DNA from: Octopus sinensis
Lineage: Eukaryota
DNA length: 64,000 bases
Assembly: GCF_006345805.1 (NCBI RefSeq)
Contig: NC_043010.1
Location: 37,014,001-37,078,000, forward strand
Reading direction: 5' to 3'
The notes under the pieces were generated by a model, which did not search any database, had not been told where the DNA came from, and saw nothing but the letters and a program-made list of their open reading frames with translations. Positions within the stretch are counted from its first letter, which is position 1. Each line of letters starts with the position of its first letter. Position numbers and translations under genes: made by a program. Below are positions 23,746 through 37,077 of the stretch, in pieces.

Positions 23746-24752
23746 ACCATTCTTTTGAGAGGTGGTTAGAAACATTATCATTCTGATAACACCCTAACTG
23801 TGTTTTAATTTTAATGTTGAAATTTGGATGGTTGAGCACATTGAATATAAGACTCTCTAATGGAAGGGATGTTAGTTTGAAAATCACGACATTCCAGTAA
23901 TTTATGCTAATCTTTGCTTTGTAAAATGTAGTTTTCATTTAGATATTATCTTTGTTGCCTTCTGATGCAGGCTTAGGTATGTGTGTGAGTGTGCATGTGT
24001 GCATTTTATCCTGTTCGGTCATTTTGCCTGCAGCCATGCTGAGACACCACCTTGAACAGTTTTTAGTCAAACAAACTGACCATAATACTTAATTGTTCTT
24101 TTTTAGGCCTAGCTGTTATTCTGTCAGTCTCTTTCTGCCAAACCTCTAAGTTATGAAGATGTAAATAAACTGACACGGGTTGGCAAGCAAAGACAAACAT
24201 AAAGACACAACTACACACACACACACACACACACATATGCATGTACCCTTTACTCTTGTCTTATCAAATACATGAGGACCTCTCTGATGCTGGTGCCATG
24301 ACAGAATATACCCAATGTACACTTAATAGTGGTTGATAATAGAAAGAGCCTCCAGCTATTGAAAGCGAACCAAACATGAAATATGAGTGAGATATGGTCT
24401 GCCAACAACAAATTGTAAAGGGCAAAAGTTTCTAATGAGAAGTGATTAGAAACCATCCATCCCTTGTTAAGCTATCCATCCCTTGCTAGGATGGTAATTA
24501 CATGTAAAATGATAAAGAATTGTCGATACATGCATATGTATATACATCTTTATGTGTGTTCATGAATAACTAAACATTTTTGCATATACTAACATGTGTA
24601 TATGCAAAAGGCATAGCTGCTTTGTAAGAAGTTTCCTTCCCAACTGCGTGGTTTCTGGTTCAATCCCACTGTGTAGCAACCTGGTCAAGAATATGTATGT
24701 TTGATTGTATCTATGGTGTGTGTGTCTGTGTACATGTATGTGTGTGTGTGCC

Positions 24753-25055
24753 TCATCATCATCTTCAGCATTGTTCAACCTCCATTTTCCATGCTGGCAT
24801 GGGTTGGACAGTTTGACTGAGGTCTGGAAAGCCAGCAGCTGCACCAGGCTCCAATCTGATCTGGCAATGTTTCTACAGCTGGATGCCCTTCCTAATGCCA
24901 ACCACTCTGAGAGTGTAGTGGATACATTTTACGTGCCACCGGCACAGCAGTCAGCCAGGCAGCCCTGGCATCAATCACATTTGGATAATGCTATTTACGT
25001 CCCACCAGCATGGAGCCAGTCAGGTGGACATGGCATTGACCATGTTCAGATGGTA
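24753..25055 (-). mobile_element. SINE-like family C, long copy
   Basis: C body plus repeated tttacgtgccaccggcac units; an opposite-strand decayed copy lies at about 24270-24515. Confidence 0.8.
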
Positions 25056-25206
25056 CTTATATATATATATATTGTTGATCACAACTGCCCACTGAAAAGG
25101 AAAGTGAAACTCTGAGTAGCAATTTATTTGTGATGTTTTTACAGCTTTAATAAAAAAAGTGTGTGTGTGTGTGTGCACGTTTTGCTATCACCTTTCTTTG
25201 GCATTG

Positions 25207-25588
25207 TGGAGGCATAATGGCCCAGTTGTTAGGGCAGCGGACTCGCAGTCATAGGATCGCGGTTTTGATTCCCAGACCGGGCGTTGTGAGTGTTTATTGA
25301 GCGAAAACACCTAAAGCTCCACGAGGCTCCGGCAGGGATGGTGGTGATCCCTGCTGTACTCTTTCACCACAACTTTCTCTCACTCTTACTTCCTGTTTCT
25401 GTTGTACCTGTATTTCAAAGGGCCGGCCTTGTCACTCTCTGTGTCACGCTGAATATCCCCGAGAACTATGTTAAGGGTACACGTGTCTGTGGAGTGCTCA
25501 GCCACTTACACGTTAATTTCACGAGCAGGCTGTTCCGTTGATCGGATCAACCGGAACCCTCGTCGTCGTAACTGACGGAGTGTTTCCA
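25207..25588 (+). mobile_element. tRNA-derived SINE family E with TSD
   Basis: tRNA-like head (TGGCCCAGTTGTTAGGGCAGCGGACT...GGTTTTGATTCCC). 12-bp TSD TCTTTGGCATTG at 25195-25206 and 25589-25600. Confidence 0.9.
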
Positions 25589-25689
25589 TCTTTGGCATTG
25601 CATGATAGTTATGATAGCTGTTAATAGGTTTCACCATCATGCTAGCAATACCCTTGGTTTCAAATCTTCTGTGAAGATGTGTGTCTGAT

Positions 25690-25890
25690 TCATCATCATC
25701 ATTTAATGTCCACTTTCCATGCTAGCATGGGTTGGACGGTTTGACAGGAACTGGCAAGACCAGGGGCCACACGCCAGGTTTCTGTTTTGGCTCGGTTTCT
25801 ACGGCTGGATGCCCTTCCTTATGCCAATCACTTTACAGAGTGCACAGGGTGCTTTTTACATGGCACCATCACCAGTGTTTTTTACGCGGT
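25690..25890 (-). mobile_element. SINE-like family C
   Basis: catcatcatttaatgtccactttccatgctagcatgggttggacgg. Confidence 0.8.
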
Positions 25891-26226
25891 ATACATATGA
25901 AGATACTTTCTGTATATACATATGTGTGTGTGTACATGCTTGTATAATTAGAAGTTTTTGTGCATTGTACAGATATAAGTATTGGTGCCAACATATAACT
26001 GTGTAAGGAGACTTGTATTTTTATATACCTTCATATGCATGCCAGTATATACCTGTATAAATATACACTCACAATTTTCTATACTTATACATATGTACAT
26101 ATATAGATATATATGTACAAGAGTAACATTTGTCCCATCCAGGACTGCCACATTATGTTGGCAAATAGTCTTTACTTTAAGTACTGTTACTGAATATCTC
26201 TTTTTGAGAGATTTAGAAATAATAAT

Positions 26227-26262
<36 letters not shown>

Positions 26263-26564
26263 ATCTACAAATTCCAATGTAGTAGAGACACACGCAAAAG
26301 AATATTGACATTTACCTATATGTGTACATATGCATACATACACACACATACACATATATATTGTTATATATTGTGTTTGGTATTAAATATAGATGGCGAT
26401 AGTGATGAGGCTGCTCGAATCTTTTGACATCTTTTGTAGAACAGCAATAGAGCTTTCAGTTTTCAGCCAGTCATGCGGCTTCCTCCAATTGATGATGGTT
26501 CCATCCGTGGTTGTGTTGAGGAAAAACGGCTGCTTAAAAGAACTATTTTGGCTTCATGTCAATC

Positions 26565-27648
26565 ACTAGCATCATCAACATCATCATCGTCATCATCATC
26601 GTCGTCGTTGTTGTCATCACCATCACCACTACCACCATCAACAACAACATCACTGACATTGCTTCATCATTACCACCACCACCACCACCACATATATCAC
26701 TTTCATTACTATTGACATCATCATCATTTAGTTTCATTACCACCTCCACCACCACCATCATCATCACCTATCGTTACCTTTACCATTCATCATTAAGGCG
26801 ACAACCGCCATCATCAGTATCATCCCCATTACCACCACCACCACCACCAACAACAACAACAAAACAATAACAACATCATCATTGTTATTTTTGTCACTGA
26901 TTTGTTATATAGTCCATTCAGGGCAACAGCTGTGTGTAGTAAGATGCATGTGTGTGTCTGTGTGTGTGTGTGTGTATGAAAGGGTGTTATTGGTCAGAAA
27001 ATGTATCTTTATAGTGAACCAACCATCATCTTCTTTGTCACCACCACCACCACTACATCATTACCTTCTCATTACATTTATCAGCAACTCCATTGTCATC
27101 ACCATCGTTATTTGGATCATTTTCACGGTTATCTTCAGCAACATCTTCAGTTCATCACTGTCACTATCTTCACCACCAATGTCAGCAGTAGTTGTTGTTG
27201 TTGTTGTTATTGTTTTCGATTTAGTTCAGGTAGAGCATCAGCTATGTGTGCGTGTGCGTATGTGTGTGTGTGTGTCTGTGTGTGCATGTGTATGCATATC
27301 TGGATGTACGTGTGTGTTTGAATGTGTGTTGCATGCGCTCATATGTGTGTGTGTGTGTGTACATGTGTGTATGTGTGAGGATGTGTGTTTTTGAGTGTGT
27401 GTGTGTATGTATTTGCATGTTTGAATATGAGTGCGTGAGTATATATTTGTATGTGTGTGTGTGTGCATGCATGTGTATTTATGCTTGTGTGTGTGCGTGT
27501 ATTTGAATATGTGAGTGTATGTGTTCGAGTATTTGTGCATGAGTATGCAGTTGTGTGTGTGTGTGTGTATGTCTAAGTGTATGTATGTGTTTGAGTACAT
27601 TTGTATTTATGCATGACTCTAGATTTGTGTGTGTATGCATGTATGTAC

Positions 27649-27689
<41 letters not shown>

Positions 27690-27780
27690 TCTGAGTACTT
27701 GTATGTGTTTGAGTATGTGTACATGTATCTACGTACCTGTGCGAGTGTGTGTGGTGGTGGTGGTAGTGTTCTAAATGTGT
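26565..27780. repeat. Low-complexity (CAT)n/(CAC)n and degenerate (TG)n tracts
   Basis: Direct reading. Confidence 0.9.
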
Positions 27781-28179
27781 CATAAGTCTTTTCCAATGTG
27801 AAACAATAAGGTTTCCTATACATTCTGACACAGAACAACTAAGATGTGTGGCTATGTCACTCTCTTGCTGAGTCTCTTTAATTCCCTGGAGTTTTCTAAA
27901 AGTTGCTGAAGTATTTGTCATTAGCTTCCTGGTAAATAAATATAATGAAATTCTAAAGTTTTCCGTCTGTGTTTCTATGAGTACATATATGCAAATACAT
28001 ATGTGTGTGTGTATGTGTATTTATTTTGCAGCACAAAGCTGTAAAAGTGCTTATTACACCCTTGTGTCAAAAGTAAGTCTTTATATATTTGATAAATATA
28101 TCATTTGTAAGGGAGACAGAATTATATATTCAAGCCAAGGCTTTCCTCAGTCGGTCTGAAAGTCAACTGTTCGTATCAT

Positions 28180-28530
28180 GAATGAATACCAATATTTTAA
28201 ATCTGGGTTTGTCCCTGTTAATGGGGTTAGCCGGATCTACCTCACTCTTATAGCAGCCACTCTCACACCGTCTCGCCTGGATTTGGGCGTCCTCCCTTCT
28301 CAAACCAACCCTCCTAATTTCCTCCTCTACCTGTCCTCTCTGCATTTTCTTTGATTGACCTCGCTTTTGTGGTTCATTCACTTTAAACTCAAGCACTCTC
28401 CTCAGAACATGGTCCTCGTCCCTCTTCGACACATGTCCATACCACCGCACTCTATTCACCCTTCCCAGCTGTTCCACTAATTCCTCCAACCGCACCATCC
28501 CCATCAAGTCCTTAGCCTCCCTTTTATCAA
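28180..28530 (-). mobile_element. RTE-clade LINE 3' fragment
   Basis: ORF 28163-28507 reads RVRWYGHVSKRDEDHVLRRVLEFKVNEPQKRGQSKK, the RTE C-terminal motif. Confidence 0.88.
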
Positions 28531-28809
28531 TGAATTGAAAAGTAATTAGATTTGTGTTGCGATGACTGAGACATTAGACTTCTCAAGAAAGTCTTCCCTA
28601 TGCACTCTGCATGTTAATGGAACCAGGGCAAATGGAAGAACTTAACTGTCTTAGGCCCATATTACAAGTGATACAAGGCAAGAGGCTGAGTTGGGTGCTA
28701 AAATTGCAGGTGCCAGCACAATAACACCTTAGCTCCTACATTCAATCTTCGGAAGAGCAGAAGAAAAGGAAAGGTTGGTAAAACATCGAAACTTGCTGTC
28801 TTCAATTTG

Positions 28810-29075
28810 GTTTTTGTGCCTATCCTTTCATATATTCCATGCTTTAATAGGTCATGTGGAGTTTGTTGAGGTGCATCTTCTGCAGCTGAATGCCCTTCCT
28901 GTCACCAACCCTCATCTGCTTCCAAGTAGAGTAATATTTTCCCATAGCCAGACATGTTTTCATGGAAGATTGGACAAATGTAAACAAATATCACTGCTTT
29001 GCATGCTGGCGATATTTACAACTATTGTGATGTCAGGTCAATGAAACAGTAATGCACCCACCCACACACACACAC
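28810..29075 (-). mobile_element. SINE family A2 tail
   Basis: gaatgcccttcctgtcaccaaccctcatctg...aatattttcccatagccagacatg. Confidence 0.7.
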
Positions 29076-29448
29076 TATTTAAAGCAGTTTGATTCAGTTC
29101 CATGCTACTTCAAGTTTTGCGAACCCCTAATGGGAGCCCAACTCCTTTAAGCTTCTGGAATGCGAAATGTAGAGCTCCAGGAGGTATATATATGTATATG
29201 TATATATGTCTGTCTGTATGTATGCACACAAGCATTCACTGGCATACAAATTTATATACATGTACATACACATACATTCACATACACACGCTCTGTGTGT
29301 GTGTGTATGTGTTGTGTACTAATCTTCTGATTCAAGGACCAAGAGATTTTTGTATTACTCTAATGAATCATTTTGTTTTTCATTATTTATCTTAAAACAT
29401 CTTTCTTACCACTCAACTAATAAAGAGCGAGTATTTCTGTATACATAA

Positions 29449-29842
29449 AGGTGCTGGAGTGGTTGTGTGGTAAGTAGCATGCTTACCAACCACATGGTTC
29501 TGGGTTCAGTCCCACTGCATGGTGCCTTGGACAAGTGTCTTCTACTATAGCCTCGGGCTGACCAAAGCCTTATCACTGGATTTGGTAGATGGAAACTGAA
29601 AGAAGCCCATCATATATATATATGTTTGTGTGTGTGTGTGTGTGTGTCTCTCTTTGTCCCCCCCAACATCACTTGACAACTGAAGCTGGTATGATTATGT
29701 CCCCGTAACTTAGCAGTTCAGCAAAAGGAACCAATAGAATAAGTAGTAGACTTACAAAGAATGAGTCCTGAGGTTAATTTGCTCGACTAAAGACAGTGCT
29801 CTAGCACGACGACAGTCAAATGACTGAAACAAATAAAAGAAT
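29449..29842 (+). mobile_element. SINE family A, full length
   Basis: Complete head, CORE-like segment, internal microsatellite and tail. Confidence 0.9.
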
Positions 29843-30135
29843 ATATAATCATTTAATGTCTGTGTTCCATACTGGCATGGGTTAAACAGTTCGACCTGAT
29901 CCACTGAGCTTAAAGCACACATTGGAGCTTAATGCAGTCCTGTGGTTCTTCAGATCCTGTCCAACCAACCAACCCATGCCAGCCAGCATGGCATGGACAT
30001 TACATGATGATAGTATAATATCTGTCTACCTATCTATCCAGTTGGAGTGTGGACAGCTCCCTGCTAGCCAGCTCTATGTCAAACTGTCCAGCCCTTGTCC
30101 GCATGGAAGGTGGACGTTAAATGATGGTGATGATG

Positions 30136-30177
<42 letters not shown>

Positions 30178-30633
30178 CACATATGCACTCCTCAGTTTTT
30201 ATTAGTTGAGTGGTTAGTGATTGTAAAGATGTTTTAAGATAAATAGCGCAAAGACAAAAATACTTGCCCTGAGAATTCACCTAAGAATTCACACTGTCTA
30301 AATTAGTAGAAGAATCCCACACATACAGTCAGGTAATAATAGAGATACAAAAAAAAGTCTTATTTCAAAGCAGAATACAAGGAATTCGTTTCACTCATAT
30401 ATGTGTATATATTTATGTGTGTGTGTATAAGTATGTATATATGTATGTATATATATATGCTCACATACATACATGTGTGTGTATATGTATGTGTGTGTGT
30501 ATATATATATATAATATATATATATAATATATATATATACACACACGCACACACATATACATACATGTGTGTGTGTGTGTATATGTATGTATATATATAT
30601 ATATATACATACATATATGTCTGTGTGTGTGTG

Positions 30634-30680
<47 letters not shown>

Positions 30681-31142
30681 TCTCAGTTTTTATTGGTAAT
30701 GTGAAAGATGTTTAAAGACAAAGAAAGAAAAATGTCCATAAAAAGTAATATTAATCAGGACATTGTTCTGTCACAACTTCCAATTTAATTGTCATTCACT
30801 GAAGGAGATTTATATGAGGTTTTTTCTCCTTTACGCTAATGTTTTTTCCCCTTTTTTATTCAATCATCTGTCCTTCATTTATCAGTTGGAATGTTTCTTT
30901 TTGTGTGGTCTGTCATAAAGTTTTGTTGCATCCTGAAAACAAAACTGCATCTGATCATAAAACACCACCACCAACAGCAAAAACAAAAAAAAAAGACATC
31001 TTTCACTGGAAAAAAAAAGAAGAAAATAGCAACCCTAATTATACATCAAAAATAGTCAGTTTTATCTAAAAAAAAAAAAGTTCCTGAGACACACTCTACC
31101 AACACCACACACACTACAAAAGTAAAACTTAGCATCAGAAAA

Positions 31143-31613
31143 TTAACCCTTCAACATTTAAACCAACCATGTCCAACTTAAATATTCTACCTGTTTTATG
31201 TTCAAACTGATTAAATCTGGCCTGACCTCTCATACCTACCCTACATGTCATTCTAAAAATTAAGCAATCACATCTTCAAAATCTCAAAACTACAAGATAA
31301 TACACGATTAATGCAAAACAATGTGAATAAATAAGCATTAAATTTGACAGAGTAACTTGAGTGCTAAAGGGTTAAGCAAGGAATGTGACATACAGAATAA
31401 ACCTTGGGTGAACTCTTTAGCATTTAAACCGGACACACCTGACCAAAATATTCTATTTGTTTTATGTTGAAACTGACCAGATCCAGTCTCTAACACCTAC
31501 CCTAGAATGTCATACTAAAAGTAAGCAATCCCATAATTTAAATCTCAAAGTGACATGATAATGCATGATTAAGCATTATATTTAACAAACTAATCTGAAT
31601 GCTAAAGAGTTAA
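31143..31613 (+). mobile_element. Two adjacent piggyBac-like MITEs (about 230 bp each)
   Basis: TTAA-CCCTT...AAGGG-TTAA at 31143-31376; second copy at about 31410-31613. Confidence 0.88.
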
Positions 31614-31699
31614 AATGCAAACCAGCAGTTATTTTATGTCCAGCTGTGTGAATAAGATATGGACTCTGCATGCAGTAGTGCTGGCTGCCTGTCTAGGAG

Positions 31700-31962
31700 G
31701 GCAAAACTTTCGATTCCCAGACTGGGCATTTTGCGTGTTTATTGAGTGAAAACACCTAAAGCTCCATGAGCCTCCAGCAGGGGGTGGTGGCGATCCCTGC
31801 TGTACTCTTTCGCCACAACTTTCTCTCTCTCTCTTTCTTCTGTTGGCCTGCTTTCTTAGCCAGCGGGGTGGCGTCATTTAAAGGCTAAAACGATGCAACT
31901 CACATTGTGACCAGCGATGTGTAGCAACATCTGATAGCCTGGTCGGTCATGGTGATCACGGT
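31700..31962 (+). mobile_element. SINE sharing the family E 5' half but with a different tail
   Basis: Matches 25266-25385 (gattcccagac...acacctaaagctcca...acaactttctctc), then diverges completely. Confidence 0.8.
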
Positions 31963-32035
<73 letters not shown>

Positions 32036-32201
32036 TTAAATTAGAGATAAAACCACTATTAGGCAAATCAAACAGTGAAAAACATAAACCAAAACATAAA
32101 AATAAAAATAATTAATATAATATACAAAAAATATAAAATTTTAAAGTTTTAATTATTTAAATTTAAATTTAAAATTAAAATTTTAATTTATATTTATAAT
32201 T

Positions 32202-32251
<50 letters not shown>

Positions 32252-32254
32252 CAC

Positions 32255-32670
32255 ACAGTGTGGCTCTGTGGCCAAGAAACTTGTTTCCCAGCCATGTGAT
32301 CTCAGGTTCAATTCCACTGCGCAGCACAATGTAGCCCTGGGTCAACTAAAGCCTTGTGATTGGATATGATTGACAAATTAGCCCATCATATATATATATA
32401 TGTAAGTATGTGTCTGTGTGTGTGTACTCTTGTCTTGATAAGGTTGTAAATGAGCATCACTGTCATACAAGCCATGTTTTTCAATTTTAGTCTTTCGTGT
32501 GAAGCGTGTCCAGCTGTGGGGAAATATGAGCTTGCTTGGAAACAGATGAGGGTCAGTGACAGGAAGGGCAACCAGTCATAGAAAACAGAAAATCTGTCTC
32601 AGCAAATTCTGTCTGACTCGCACGAGATTGGAAAAGTGGGCACTAAATAATAATGAGGATGATGCTGATG
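32255..32670 (+). mobile_element. SINE family A2
   Basis: A head followed by the gtgacaggaagggca...ggaaaagtgg tail. Confidence 0.75.
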
Positions 32671-33161
32671 ACAACAACATTGATATAATCTTGTCTTTAC
32701 ATTATCCTATCTGTTTGTCTATTTTTGTCTCTCTGTTTCCTTACTCTTTTCGATTTTCATCTCTTCCATCCATCTGCCTATTTATTTCATCTTCCTTCCA
32801 TCTCTCTCTCTCTCTCCTTCTCTGAATTCATCCAACCAACCAACCATCAATTAATCATATGTGCAAGTAAAATTAATCTAATCTCAGACATGTATTGTAC
32901 AAATTTTTCCGAGATGCAAAATCTGACCCTAACAACTTAAAACAGAGCAAGGCCTACTCACCACCACACATTCTTACATCTTCTCTATTTCCAGAACACC
33001 CTTGCACATGATCCAAACATGTCATTGCAGGGCTGCAATATATGGAATCTAACTGTGTATATCACTTGCATTGCATTGTCTGCCTCACAAATTGTCTAAT
33101 TGATCCTAAACACCACTGAAAGTTCACTGCAGCACAGCCTCAATATTAAGTGCTTAACACC

Positions 33162-33585
33162 TCTTTTACTCTTTTATTTGTTTCGGTCATGTGACTGTGG
33201 CCATGCTGGAGCACCGCCTTTAGTCGAGCAAATCGACCCCCAGGACTTATTCTTTGTAAGCCTAGTACTTATTCTATCGGTCTCTTTTGCCAAACAGCTA
33301 AGTTACGGGGACATAAACACACCAGCATTGGTTGTCAAGCGATGTTGGGGGGAGGGGGCAAACACAGACACACAAACATATACACACACAAACATATACA
33401 CACACATACATATATACATATATTCGACGGGCTTCTTTCAGTTTCCGTTTACCAAATCCACTGACAAGGCTTTGGTCGGCCCGAGGCTATAGTAGAAGAC
33501 ACTTGCCCAAGGTGCCATGCAGTGGGACTGAACCCGGAACAATGCAGTTCGTAAGCAAGCTTCTTACCACACAGCCACTCCTACC
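33162..33585 (-). mobile_element. SINE family A, full length, CpG-rich
   Basis: Reverse complement of family A. Confidence 0.92.
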
Positions 33586-33930
33586 TTTTAACTTACAAAC
33601 AGCTGTCAGTGTTGTTTAACCCTAGGTTGGCTTTAATCTAAGTGGCCTTTGATCAAAAGCATTTTTCTCTTGATCTTTCCATTCTCTCTCTCTCTCTTTC
33701 TCTCTTTTGTTGTCATTTCTTTTTCTGGATTCTCATTATCCAATGAATCCTTCCATCCTAACTGCTAGTAATAGCAGATTTTTTTGTTATTGCTAGCAAT
33801 TTTTGAGCAACAGTGTAGAGGCTCCTGATTTGGGGAAAATTCCTTTACCTGGCTGTGTATTTATTTTTTCTTTCTTCTAAATAGTAGTGCTCACTTATTT
33901 CTTTGCATCCATAAATAATTATCTACTTAT

Positions 33931-34259
33931 TGGCTCAGTGGTTAGAGCGTCGAGCTTACGATCGTGAGGTTGTGAGCTCGAATCCCGGACCGGGCTGCGT
34001 GTTGTGTTCTTGAGCAAGGCACTTTATTTCACGTTGCTCCAGTTCACTCAACTGTAGAAATGAGTTGCGACGTCACAGGTACCAAGCTGTATCGGCCTTT
34101 GTCTTTCCCTTGGATAACACTGGTGGCGTGGAGAGGGGAGGCTGGTATGCATGGGCGACTGCTAGTCTTCCATAAACAACCTTGCCCGGACTTGTGTCTA
34201 GGAGGGTAACTTTCTAGGTGCAATCCCATGGTCATTCATGACCGAAGGGGGTCTTTATT
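33931..34259 (+). mobile_element. tRNA-derived CORE-like SINE family D
   Basis: TGGCTCAGTGGTTAGAGCG...GCTCGAATCCC head and ttcttgagcaaggcacttt CORE-like block; second copy at 63143-63480. Confidence 0.88.
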
Positions 34260-34624
34260 CTACAATTAATTTACATCTGTTTCTTTTTTACCTGTCCTAC
34301 ACACAAACACAGACACTCTCTCTCTCTCTCTCCCCCCCTTTCTCTCTCTCTATGTATGCGTATGTGCCCTATATGGATCTGGAAAGACCACATTTCAAAT
34401 GAGGATACAGCACACAGTAATATAGCTTGCATATATTATGTTGATAGTAAGAAGCCCTATGGAAAGCTCCTTCTTTTCGTGGATCTAATGCAGCTGATGT
34501 ATATGCATGCTTATGTGTGTATGTGTCAAAGGGACAACTTCATTTTCCCATCCCTTTCCTTTTTGTTATCCCTATGTCTGACATTTTGTTACTATATGTG
34601 AAAGGATCCTGGTGACAATAATAG

Positions 34625-35995
34625 GATTATTATTATTATTATCATTATTAAGGCAGTGAGCTGGTAGGATCGTTAGCTATTTCATGTCACTACATTCTGA
34701 GTTCAAATTCAACCAAAGTTCAACTTTGCCTTTCATCCTTTCAGGGTCAATAAATTAAATTACCAGTGAAACACTGGGGTCGATGTAACCAACTAATCCC
34801 ACCCACCATTTCAGGCCTTGTGCCTATAATAGAAAGGATTATTATTATTATTAAGGTGGTGAGCTGGCAGAATTGTTAGCATGCTAGGGAAAATTCTTAG
34901 CAGTAGTTCATCTGTCTTCACATTTTGAGTTTAAATTCCGCTGAGGTCAGCTTTGCCAGTCATCCTTTCGAGGTCGATAAATTAAGTACCAGTAAAACAT
35001 TATTATTATTATTATTATTATTATTGAAGGCTGTGATCTGAGTTCAAATTCTTCCAAGGTCAACTCTGCCTTTCGTCCTTTCGGGGTTGATGAAATAAGT
35101 ACTAGTGAAATACTGGGGTTGGAGTTGATGTAATCGACCAGTCCTCTCACCTAAAAGATTTCAGGCCTTGTACCCTTGAAAGGATTATTCTTATTTTCAT
35201 TATTATTATTATCGTTATCAAGGCAGCAAGCTGGCAAAATCATTAGCGCACCGGACGAAATGCTTAGCGGTATTTTTCCCATCGCTACATTCTGAGTTCA
35301 AATTCCTTTGTGGTCATCTTTGCCTTTCATCCTTTCATGGTCGATAAATTAAATACTGTGAAACACTGGAGTCAATGCAATCAACTAGGCCCCTCCACCA
35401 CTATTTCAGGCCTTGTGTCTATAGTAGAAAGAATTATTATTATTATTACGGTGGCAAGTTGGCAGAATCGTTAGCTTGCTGGGCGAAATGTTTAGCAGTA
35501 TTTTACCTGTCGCGGTGTTCTGAATTCAAGTTCAAGTTGCCTTTTGTCCTTTTGGGGTCAATGTAATCAACTTAATCCCCTCCCACAAGCTACCCTTGTG
35601 GCAAAAATTTGAAATCCTTATTGTTATTATCATTATTATAATCATTATCATCATCATCGTCATCATCGTCATCATCATCATTATTATTATTGTTATTATT
35701 ATTATTATTATTATTGTTATTATTGTTATTATTATTATTATTAATATTATTATTATTATTATTATTAAGGCAGCAATTGACAGAATCATTAATATGATGG
35801 ACAAAATGCTTAGCGATATTTTGCCTGACACTATGTTCTGAATTCAAATTCCACCAAGGTCGGCTTGGCCTTTCATCCTTTCGGGGTCGATAAATTAAGT
35901 ACCAGTGAAACACTGAGGTTGATGTAATCAACTAGTCCCCTCTGCCACAATTTCAGGCCTTGTGCCTATAAGAAAAGAATTATTATTATTATTAT
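34625..35995 (+). mobile_element. Head-to-tail array of about 6 SINE B2 copies separated by (ATT)n
   Basis: B heads at about 34650, 34853, 35027, 35220, 35450 and 35767. Confidence 0.9.
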
Positions 35996-36469
35996 AATCA
36001 TTACTCATAGCATTTCACCTTTTTACTTTTTCCTAATATTTTCCGCCAGTTTTTCTCTGTATAGAGTTAGAAATTCACCTTTTCTTCCAACAGCTGAGGA
36101 CGACATCCACCCCCCTGCATGTTTCATTAATATTTGACGTCGCCATTGCCATCATCGTCGTCTTCATCACCATCGTCATCACACCCACCCCACCCCCACC
36201 CTCGTCGTCGTCAACACCATTGCTGTTACTCAGATATTGCTATATCAGTTGTCTTCAAGTATTTCAACTTTAAATATGGAAAAGGTCAACTTATTGTGTG
36301 AATTCTCTTCTCATGAAAATCAAATCGGAAAATTGGAATATCTTTCTTTGTAACACGGCTTTCATCTTTTCAAAGCCTCTTGGATAGCACCATCGTTGTT
36401 GTTGTTGTTGTTATTATTGTTAGTAGTAGTAGTAGTATCATCATCATTTTATTAATATTATTATTATCA

Positions 36470-36513
<44 letters not shown>

Positions 36514-37077
36514 GATATTATTATTAGATTCGTATTGATATTATTATTGTTTTTTATCCTCTTTCTTTCTTTCTTTCTTTTTTTTTTAAACTCTCAGCAT
36601 CTCTCCAAAGTAACTTTGGAATTTTATGTAATTCAAAAGAAATTGCAGATGTGATAACCTTCAAGGAGGATGGTGACAATGATGATCATGATGATGATGG
36701 TGGTGATAGTGGTGGTGGTAGTTATAGGGAAAGGGCTAGTGGTATAAAAGATACTATTGTGTCAGCAAAAGTTGATGCAGTTCTCACTTTACTCTTCCCC
36801 CTCCCCCACATACACCCTTCTTGTACACCCAGGTTTAGGAGAAGGAAAAGAAGACGAAAGAGATTTTAATAATGGATAGAACTGAAGTAGTTTTCAGTTG
36901 CCTACATTCATTTAATTCAGTATGTGTGCATGGAGATGTGATCAAGTGGTTAAGAACTTCTCTTTGGAATCACAAGGTTGTGTGTTCAATCCCACTACAT
37001 GACATTTTGGGCTTTTGTCTTTCATCATACCCTAAAGTCGATCTAAGCTTTTTTGAGTGAAATTAGGTAGACATGTG

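Noticed and set aside
23382-23938. Long overlapping ORFs rich in Y/I/H/T/C/V (also 4927-6268, 27001-27921, 30360-30699, 37063-37664, 60799-61192)
   Set aside because: They are translations of (TA)n, (TG)n and (CA)n tracts, which lack stop codons.
25066-25165. CTGAAAAG...GAAAC as another hammerhead
   Set aside because: No helix II can form between the two core segments.
33931-34000. tRNA gene-like sequence (also 25207-25285 and the B heads)
   Set aside because: Continues into SINE bodies, with no full acceptor stem or oligo-T terminator; these are SINE heads.
35532-35931. Poly-Asn/Asp and poly-Ile ORFs
   Set aside because: (ATT)n/(ATC)n tract between SINE B2 copies.
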